From Zygnema circumcarinatum SAG 698-1b (Eukaryota > Plantae > Zygnematophyceae), in the NCBI GenBank assembly GCA_037447605.1, contig CM074817.1:2581209-2645208 (forward strand): a stretch of 64,000 nucleotides of DNA, read 5' to 3'. This document shows positions 54,933-64,000 of the stretch, one piece after another. Made by a program: the position numbers and the translations under genes. The first letter of the stretch is position 1, and the number at the start of each line of letters is the position of its first letter. Under the pieces are notes generated by a model. The model ran no database searches and had not been told where the DNA came from. It saw only the letters and a list, made by a program, of their open reading frames with translations.

Positions 54933-57436
54933 TCAAACTGGTCTTGAGAATTCGTCGAAAGTAAGCCCCGACTCCGCAGAAGGTGAACACGGCGAAGAAA
55001 AAACTTGACTGTTTCCGAGCTCCAAATTTCCGGATGTCATCGTCTGAGTGCTGAGTCGCAGCCGTGTAGAAGCTCTCGGAGAGCAGGCGAAGGCCCGGGG
55101 GACAGATGGCGGCCGAGGAACAAGGACACGTGGCATCACGTGATACGCCGAGTCCTTAGACTGGGTCTGAACAAGGCCAAGGGGAGGAGTTGGAGGGCGA
55201 GGAACCAACGAGGAAGCTTCCTGACTGTAGCCTTTCTCATACTTCGCCGTGAAATTCGCCCCATTTTGATTCTGCTGATCTTCAAGACTAAGTCTGGTCA
55301 CCTCATCCGAAAAAGAACCAATTCTTGGGGAGGGGTCTCCCATCTCAACTGTAGAGGCTGAGTCGCTTTCAGCATTGATAGTACCGAAACTTGACATGAG
55401 CCAATCATGGGTCAGAACGTCCATCAGACTCGGTCGATCTTCGGGATTCTGAGAAAGCATTTTCTGAAGGAGATCTTTCGCAGAGTCGGAAATTGAAGAC
55501 CAGGGTCCTGAAGTGGTGTTGACCGGTTTTGAGCAGATAGCGGCGAAGGTATCGATGGAAGTTTTTCCCCAAAAAGGAACAAATCCTGAAAGCATTACAT
55601 AGAGAACCACTCCGAGGCTCCAAACATCGGAAGCGGTTGAATGGGTTTGATTTATTATGACTTCCGGAGCGACGTAGTAAACAGAACCGGCAAAGCCTGT
55701 TGCCACTCCTCCAGGTTTAACAATGGTTGAAAGGCCGAAGTCAGCTAGTTTTGGTTCAACTGCGCCGGAAGAGTCGACTTGAAGGAGGATGTTTTCTGGT
55801 TTGATGTCGCGATGCAGAACGCCTTTTGAGTGGCAGTAATCGACTGCGAGGACAATTTTTCTGCAATTTCAAGAAAAAAAAGACAATAAGAATGAATCAG
55901 GTTGATCTCAACATCATCCCAACAATGTCAAAGAAAGGCAGAGTGCAAAGATTTCCCATTTCTTTCTTTTATCTTTTTCCTTCTCCATATCTTTGTCTCT
56001 CTTCCATTTCTTCTGTTATAGATCCCTTACCTAAATATAAGAGCAGAGACAGCCTCCGGCACTCTTGTTATGGACTCAATGAGAGTGAAGAGGTCTCCTC
56101 CCACACAGCGCTCCATTATTAAGTGAACGTGCGAGTCGTCTTCGAACACATCGATGGCCGCCACAATGTTCGGATGCGCTGCGAGCACTCCTGTCAGAGC
56201 GACCTCCGTCTGGAGACCCTCAGTCTGAATGCCAGTCTGCAGAAGAGAGAGGGAAGAGAGAGCGAGAGTGAGAGAGAGAGAGAGAAAACGAGGGAGGGGT
56301 GTGAGAGGAGAGATAAGAAGACTTTCTCACCTGGGAAGAAGGTTGGATTTTTGAGGAAGGGGGGAGGGGAGAGAGAGAAGACTAAAGAAAATTATGACGA
56401 GATTTAACAGACATCTAGAGCTTCAGTTCCACCTCCCTCAACCCGTCCCTTCCCCAAGTCTTAAGTCTCCCTTCGTCTTTCCCACTTCCTCCTCCCTATC
56501 TCGAACACGAATCCTCACCTTACCCCATTCTGCTCTCCTCTTCCCTTTAACGACCCCCTATCCACCGCCTTCCTTCACATACCTCCCCTCCACTTCCTTT
56601 CTCACCCCCATCCTCCCCTCTCCCCCCCCCCCCTCCTTTCTTTCCTTCCCCCTGTTGACCTCCCCTTTCCCTTCTCCTCCCACACCAATACCTTCCCGTC
56701 CCCTCTCTCCCTCTCTCCCAACCCCCCGACCCTCCCTACCTCCCTCTCGCACCTCCCTCCCTCCCTCCTTCTCTCCCTCACCTGCAGGGTCCCCTTGAGC
56801 ACGCTCTTGCAGGCGTAGACGCGGCCCGAGGCCCGGCACCGGCACGACCGCACCTCCCCGAACTGTCCGCGGCCCAAGACTTCGCTGCTCAGCGAGTACG
56901 CGCTTCGTAGTCGGCCCGGCGGACGGCCGGCGGTGAAGCGGGCGGGAGGGGGAGCATCTGCAGGGCGAGAGACAGAGGGAGAGAGAGAGAGGGAGAGAAA
57001 GAGAGAGGCAGGGGTTAGTGGATGGGTTCGATCTTGGGGGGGGGGGGAGAGGGGGGGAGGGGGGGGGGTTGTGGACTGTACTAGGGTTTGGGGATTTTGA
57101 GGGCGTGAGAGGGAGAGGGGGAGAGAGAGAGAGGTAAAGAGATGGGAAGAGAGGGGAAGTGGAAGGGACCAGGGAAGAGAAAGTGCAGCTGGGTTTTCGA
57201 CGGTAGAGATGAGCAAAGAATTATGTAAAGATACAACTTTTAACATATGGGAAAGTGATGGGCTACTTTAAAATTTGCATGGAGGCCTCACCAGAGACGG
57301 CAGCCTGAGCCGCTGATTGGTTGGTGCGGACGCGCTGTACGGCATGGAAGAACTGAGCACATGGAGCCGCGTCCTCTCGACGCCGCCTCTTCTGCCCGCC
57401 GCTCTTTGGCTGCCGTCGGTCGGCCTCTCCCATCAT
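54933..57436 (-). CDS. CDPK-superfamily Ser/Thr kinase without EF hands (PEPKR-like), 4 exons: 57436-57292, 56957-56782, 56236-56031, 55860-54933
   Basis: LGRGQFGEV, YACKSV, HPNIV, VHLIMERCVGGDLF, HRDIKPENILL, LADFGLS, AGSVYYVAPEV, DVWSLGVVLYVMLSGFVPFWG, WSSISDSAKDL; disordered S/P-rich tail. Confidence 0.92.
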
Positions 57437-59269
57437 CGCTTACTGAGAGAGAGCGCGAAGGGTAGAGAGAGAGGCAGCGGACGAGGAAGAGCCGACGAGG
57501 GGAGAGAGTACAGGAGAGAGAGGGAGAGGGGGACAGAGAGAGAGGGGGGGAGGGAGGGAGGGAGGGAGGGAGGGAGGGAGGGAGGGAAGGAGGGAGGGAG
57601 GGAGCGAAGGGATTTCGGCAGGGAGGGAAGAAGTGTGGGAGGGGGCGAGGAAGGGATTTAGACAGAAAGAGAGAGGGAAGGCGCGGGCCCATGTACCAAT
57701 CGCGAGAGCGTTTTGGCGCGCAGTGAACGAACGGTGACGGCGACCACAGTCCGCGTGACGCGTGACAACGCGCCGCGTGACACTTCGGGACGCGTGGCAG
57801 GCTGTGACGCGTCGGCCCTGGGCGGGCGGGCTGTCCGGCGAAAGGGCCAGGGCGGGCGGTCGTGGGCGGCGGCCAACTGTACGGAGATAGGCGGGACAGG
57901 GGGTTAGGGATGTACGAACATGTACGGTTTGAACTTGTAGGACGACGACAAAGGAGGGACTTTACGAAAAAGACAAAAATTGCGACCAAGACGACAAATC
58001 ATGGTAGGGGGAGGTATAAACGCGGGGAGAGAGGCGTGAGTGGGGGCGGCGGCATCTGGGTCGAAAGGACATGTACGAACGAACCAGACGTTCGGACAGG
58101 TTTACACAAAATCACTGGTCGGTGCTGGACTGGCGAGTCATATTTTGACGTGTGGCTGGATGTCGTGGCCTATTCTGAGAACAAAAAAGACAAAACGACG
58201 GTAGCGGACAGAAGAGTCTACGGCCACCGCAAAATTATTGTAGTAGACCAGCGTGCACACAATGCGACAAAATGTGGCCGTTGGTGTCTAGCTGGCGGAC
58301 AGTGGGGGGTACCTGCCGGGTCGTGGGCGGCTATGGACGGAAGCACCTTCATTAATGTTCAGGTTTTTGTCGTTTTGGACAGGGTCTAGTGCTGTGGGTG
58401 AAGATTGTGGCGGACAGAGTCGCCGCGTGGAAAGCAGAGAATGGCTTGTCGTTCTCGATGAAAGAATCGACAGTGCTGACGTGGTTTTTTCATGACCGTC
58501 CGATGAGGGTCCATTTACAGTGTGAATGAGATCGACGGTCGAGGACTGTGCAGGAAAGCTGACGTGGTCGTTCGTGATTCGCCGGTTGGAGGTAACGGAA
58601 TTTGCCACTCGTCGAATCTTTTCTAATGCGACAAGGCCGCCCTGAGGCGCCTCAAAACGGGGAAAACACGGTTAACACAAAAAATAGAATTATAAAAAAA
58701 TAGTTAAAATTTTCCTCGAACGTGTGCATCTGGTCTCCTATTCGCTGTTGACCCAAAAAACTGAAGTCAATTCCTTCACTCAGAAAGGAAGTTTTTCCAA
58801 AATTTTCGTTTGGAGTTGCCCGTAGAGCTTTTCGACCACTGGTCAAGCCACGTTTTTGTCGTTTTAAAAAACTCTTGTCGATGCAAATTTGTCCATTCTT
58901 TCAATTTCTTGTCTTCTTCTATAGCCGACACCACTATCTGCCAAACCTTGCCGCCGCGGCTTGTATTTTCGTACACATCGCTATGATTTTGACCTACGTG
59001 GCGCTGCGAAGGTTCGAGCCACCCGCCACTCCAAAGAACCGGTCGGAGCAGAATTTTGTCGTTTAGAATATATACGAACACATAACGACAAGCTTTCATA
59101 GGTACGGATTTCAAGATCTTGGCTCTGTTCGCAAAAGGCCCTCCTGTCCGCTTTATCAGACGACAGAAACTGTACGGACGGCCTTACCCGACCGGCGCAA
59201 CAAACTTCATGTACTAAAGCCAGACTTACAAAATCCAATTACAAAAATCAAAATTCGCCTTTAAAAAAG

Positions 59270-60318
59270 GGGTAGTGTTATTTCCACCCCTTTTTTGGAT
59301 CCAAACAACCCTTCCCGGCCGGGCAGATTTCAAAAAGGATTAAAAAAAGAAAATGCTTTTTCCACACCTTTTTGGAATCGATACCCACCTTCTTCCGTCG
59401 AACAGATTTTATTTTTGCAAAACAAGGAAAATGATACCCCTCACCCCATTTTGAATATCCCGCCTAGCAAATTTTTCTATTTGATAGAAAATAATATCGG
59501 CCTGCCCGAATCTGCTCGAAGCGAAAGATGCGTCCGCCACGAGATCGTTCGCGGGTGTCCGTCCTTTACGCATGCGCTCAATATAAGCCGTCGATTAACT
59601 CGCAGATCGCACCAAGGCAGATCACCGTTCGATCTGCAGCCGGGCTCGGTCCCAGCGAATGCAAGTGCCCACGTATCCCGCCAAAGCCGTCTCAAAAGTA
59701 GGTCCGTACAATAACCGTACGGTCGCATCTTCGGAGACGCAAAATTTAGTACATTCAGCTAGACGTCACGAGCATAACACGTGGCAGATGCTTATTGGCT
59801 GGAAGCTGACAATTGGCGAGCCGCCGCAGGCTGGCTTTTCCAGCTCATTATTTTGTGGAGATCTCGGGCCGAGGGACACGTGCACAAGCACGTGTGATCC
59901 GGATTTGGTGGGACACGTGTGCAAGTGCCATTCGCTGGAGCATAGCTCGGCTACAGATCGAGCGGTGATCTGCCACGATACGATCTGTAACAGAATCGAT
60001 GGCTGAGATTTACCACACGTGTGAAGGACGGACACCCCACGAACGATCTCGTGGTGGACGGATCTTCCTCTCCTAGCGGATTCGGGCAGGCCGATCTTTT
60101 TTTTCCCAAAAATCAATTTCAGGGAGGCGGGATATTCAAAATGGGTGACGGGGTATGATTTTCCTTGTTTTGCAAAAATAAAGTCTGCCCGTCGGAAGAA
60201 GGTGGGAATCGATTCCAAAAAGGTGTGAAAAAAGCATTTTCCGTTTGTAATCCTTTTTAAAGTCTGCCCCGCCGGGAAGGGTGTTTGGATCTAAAAAGGG
60301 GTGGAAATAACACTACCC
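59270..60318. mobile_element. Non-autonomous Mutator-like (MULE/foldback) element, about 1.05 kb, imperfect inverted arms of about 400 bp, TSD TAAAAAAG(G)
   Basis: GGGTAGTGTTATTTCCACCCC...GGGGTGGAAATAACACTACCC termini; inverted similarity runs to about 59685/59900; TAAAAAAG at 59262-59269 and 60319-60326. Confidence 0.88.
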
Positions 60319-60759
60319 TAAAAAAGGTACTTCAAAGATGTCATGGTTTATCGGTAATTGTCTACTAATTCTGAAAAACCAAATTTAACAGTATTAAAAA
60401 AAGTGTTTTTTTGATTTTTTCAAGTCTGACTGTACCTACCGTTACCGGCCGATTTGAACTGTAGTGTGACGTGTTAAGCTGTGATGGGCGGGAGGGTTCC
60501 ATGGTTCGAAATTCTCAAACTCGTCGGAGCGTTCGAGTTGCAATCCGGAGTGGAAAAGTTTGCAACCAGGATACCGAAGTTTGTCAACCGTCGAATTTGA
60601 AAGTAGCTGACCTTATCGAAAAGACGGAGCCACTGAAGGAGAGCCACGTAGCGCCAGGTGGCACCTGGTCTGACACCAAGTCGAAGTACGAAGATCCAGG
60701 TGCACGTGTCGGCGTTTAATTGGTATTCTATATTTTGGTGATGGGATCCGAAACCGTTG

Positions 60760-60912
60760 GACAACCATTGGATGCAAGGTTGGCCGAACCAATGGTTGGA
60801 ACCACCGGCAATGATTGGCAACCATTGAATCCGATGGTTGGGACCATCGGCAATGGTTGGCTGGTTCGCGAAGCAATGGTTGGCAAATATGGCCAATGGT
60901 TGAGCAATGGTT
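60760..60912. repeat. Degenerate array of CAATGGTTG(G) motifs
   Basis: About 9 copies in mixed orientation. Confidence 0.7.
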
Positions 60913-61584
60913 AATCCGGTGGTCCGTTGAGGGCTGGGTCGGGCGCGCCGCCTTTCCCGTTTCCATCAGGGGAGTGTTGATGACGTGGTATCGACGTGGC
61001 GCTGACGGGGCATCACGTTTTAATACAAGAGGAGACTTCTATAAATCGTAATGGCCACAACCAATCCTTGGCCGCCATGTGGCAGCCGAGGGACCGTCCC
61101 GTCAGCCCGTTTCGTAAAGAACGAGCTCGTTACGGTCCACGTAGGATGTCGTTTTGCAGATGAAACGACGAGTTCCATCAAAACGCCGTTTTCCAATCAT
61201 CGATCGCCACGTGCACGATTTGAAGCGTCCGCCGTGGCCCACCGCGGTTACCGTACGCGCGTCGCCGCCGAGGAGGCGGAGGCTGCCACCATTCTGTGTG
61301 GAACGGTGCCTCGTTAACACGTGGCAGCCACAGCAGCGCCACGTTGGCGGAAACGGCCTCATGGAACCCATGGGTAGTCGTAAACGGTGACGGAACGTCG
61401 GCGAAACGGGCTGATGGAACCCCACCCTTATTGCCACGCGGGCGCCGACAACCCACCATGACGTGACAGCCAATTGGCAGCGACCTCGTGGCGGTCACGT
61501 GACAAACGCTGATTAAAAATCTAAATGTTCTGTATGACGGAACTGCTGGCGTAGCGCGTTGTACAAGGATGTCATCACACAGAC

Positions 61585-61900
61585 ATGGACAACACCAACA
61601 TGTGAAACTACGAGGAGCCAACCACTCTCACAAAGGACCCAAAGATTGGAAGAAAGGAAAATGACAGATAACCGACTCTCTCTTTCTCGCATTCGTGAGC
61701 TTTTGTAGAAGCATTGATTTTTTCCAAAGTTCTAACTGGCCAGCAAGGGGTTGAGAGCAATCAATCAATCGATCGATCGATCGACCAACCAATCGACGGC
61801 TTTCGTGCTTAGGTCCTTTGCGACCAGTTCCTCGTGGTTCCCCATGCTGCTTTTGTCCGTCCTCGTGCATTTTATGGCCTCGCCATTGTGAGTTCAATGC
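61585..61900. repeat. Two inverted copies of a dispersed short repeat also found at about 6270-6325 and about 34465-34555
   Basis: Shared core CATGGGGAACCACGAGGA...CAAAGGACC and tail GGCCTCGCCAT.G.GAGTTCAAT. Confidence 0.7.
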
Positions 61901-62645
61901 CATTTTCCTTCATTCCATGGGCATATCTTCGAGCACATGGCGATGCAATAATTTCAAAAAAATAATAATTTACAATAATTTCGCAAAAACGGAGGGCAAG
62001 TATTCGGAGGGAAAGCTTCGCTCAGGAATATGACTGCGTAAAAAAAAAAAAACAAAACCCATCTGTTCACTTTTTCCATGGGCGGAAGAACACTCCCATC
62101 CTCCCTCCCACTCTTCGCCCCACTCTCTCTCTCGCTTTCCCTCCCCCCCTCCCTTTCTTCCTCACTCCCTCCCTCCCCTTTCTCCTCTCCCTCCCTCCCC
62201 TTCAACCCAATAACACTACCCAAGATACACCGTCGATGATGATTTTAACTTTCCATAATTATTTGAAAAGAACGGGGAATTATTTCAACAAAGAGGGCTA
62301 GCTTCAGAATTTCCTTTTTATATGCCACCCTTCTCCCGGATATCCAAACATGCACAGTATGGGTCACTCCCCTCCCCCTCCCCCTCCCTCCCTCCCTCCC
62401 TCCCTCCCTCTCCCTCCTGCTTACCCCTCGTGAGAGATATACACAATGCTCTAGCGACTTATGATTTTTTCGTTTCAGTTTCCTTTCAGATATATTTTTT
62501 TCGCGAATTGCGACCTTCACCTTGATTCTCGCCGTCCCACCCTCTCTCCCTCCCTCCCTCCCTCTCTCTCTCTCCCTCCCTCCCTCCCTCTCTCCCTCCC
62601 TCTCTCTCTCCCCCACTCTCTCTCCCTCACTCCAATGTACGCCTC

Positions 62646-63978
62646 TCACCATTTCCTCATCTCCTGTGGGCGAGGCGGCATTTGAACCTCTTGGGGATTG
62701 ATTTTTTGAAGCCCACCCTTTCCGGGATAAATTCCTCTCGCCTGAAAAAAATTACACAGTAGCTCCTGTTAGGGTTCCAGATTTCAGAGATTTCAGAGAG
62801 AGAGGGCAAGGACAAGAAAGAAAGGAATGGAGGGAGAGAGGGAGGGAGAGGTAGCAAAGGAGCAAAGAGTGAGGGGACAGAGAGACGAACAGAGAAGTGA
62901 AGGGAAAGGTACCATCAAACCATTTATCTCACTCTTTCAAAAGCAATTTTTTTTTTCTCAATTGATTGAAAGTTTTAAAATCTTTCTTTTCAGAGATGTC
63001 CATACGTTGGATGAAGCCTATTTTTGTTAAAAAAATAAGTTTTACCTCCAGCTCGCGATACTCTTGGCAGAGAGAGCAGTACTAGCAGAAGCAGTGTAGG
63101 CAGTGGTCCGTACACCACTCCCCCTTCACTCTGTACTTCAAACGGAGGCTTGTACGATACGTGGCGGAGAAAGGGCACTGCGAAAACATATGCGGAAGCG
63201 AAAGTTTGATGCTAGTTCATCTCTCGCTCATTCTCTCTCTCTACCTCTCTGGGGGGAGGGGAGAGGAGGGAGGAGGGAGGAGGGAGGTGGGAGCGGGGGA
63301 GGGGGGAGTGAAGAGGGNNNNNNNNNNGAGAGAGAGAGAGAGAGAGGGAGAAAGAGAGAAGGAGAGGTGTAGTGATACTCACAGGGCAGCATAGGAAGAG
63401 CAGCAAGAGGGCGTAGACCACCCCCGCCTGCCGGCAGCGGCCCTCCTGCTGGTCCACTCCCTCCGCTATCCGCCCCGCGGTGACGCACGGACAGATTAGG
63501 GTTTGGAGGCAGAGCTTGGGCGCGCCCAGACAGGCGCAGAGGCCGTACCGCCACTCTGCCTGCAAGGGCGTGCAACATACGCAGGAAAAAAACCACATGT
63601 TTTTTAAGGCAATTAAAGATAGAAATGGCGTATATATGAAGGCAAGGAGGATTTTTGGTTAAGTAAAGAAGTGGTCGTTTGTGGGGAGGAGGAAAAGGAA
63701 AGGGGATTTAAAGGTTTTGGTCGTACATTAATAATTTTTCCTTAATGGGTTATCTCCGTCTTTCCTTTTCCATTAAGAATTAAAAATTAAAGGGTAAATC
63801 TACGTCCTTTTTAATTAAAGGTTAAGAGCTCCACCTGCTCTGCGTGGAAGGGAGGAGCCTGCACGTGCGAAAACCTCGGAGATGGATCTATGGACGGCGG
63901 CATTTCCGTTTCTGTGAACGCGAAAGCGTAGGAATTCACGGGATTCATGCGACCGTCGTGTTCCACGGAGCGTTCCAT
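62646..63978 (-). CDS. PLAC8-family (PCR/CNR-like) Cys-rich protein, exons 63978-63835, 63559-63383, 63177-63046, 62741-62646; in-frame TAG at 63084-63082; start may lie further upstream
   Basis: WRYGLCAC, CLQTLICPCVTAGRIAE, YRTSLRLKYRV, DHCLHCFC*YCSLCQEYREL, C-terminal PPRPQEMR. Confidence 0.85.
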
Positions 63979-64000
63979 GTCCGCCGTTCCGTCTTTGGCG

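Noticed and set aside
57860-59260. Hidden gene or intact TE upstream of the kinase
   Set aside because: ORFs lack domains; looks like decayed TE sequence but no TIR or TSD could be defined
63082-63084. Alternative nuclear genetic code (UAG as sense)
   Set aside because: Three conserved genes in the window terminate at TAG in the expected positions

Overview
Gene-dense, intron-rich eukaryotic nuclear DNA with plant-type genes. The AXY9, PEPKR-like kinase, PLAC8/PCR and plant-type EPL1 and PAO genes, plus introns full of simple repeats, suggest a streptophyte alga or early-diverging land plant (inference). Thirteen spliced protein-coding genes were reconstructed by hand: RPS21, a 65-aa membrane microprotein, AXY9-like, ETFB, an Hv1-type proton channel, a secreted polyamine oxidase, the 3' half of RAD50 (cut by a 100-N gap), ETHE1, an FkbM-family methyltransferase, a DUF4602-like protein, EPL1, a PEPKR-like kinase and a PLAC8 protein. 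Mobile DNA includes a decayed tyrosine-recombinase (DIRS-order) retroelement and a ~1.05-kb Mutator-like foldback element with a target-site duplication. Most notable: (1) the ERSE-type motif CCAAT-N9-CCACG occurs exactly at least 7 times (about 0.12 expected by chance), often as inward-facing pairs, in promoters, an intron, intergenic DNA and inside the transposon; (2) an otherwise intact PLAC8 gene has an in-frame TAG inside its conserved motif; (3) the Hv1 channel has a two-arginine S4 and a stop-free, in-frame GC-AG microsatellite intron; (4) several introns carry mutually complementary repeats (GA/CT, TTAGGG/CCCTAA) at their two ends. Exon boundaries were read manually and have not been checked against transcripts.
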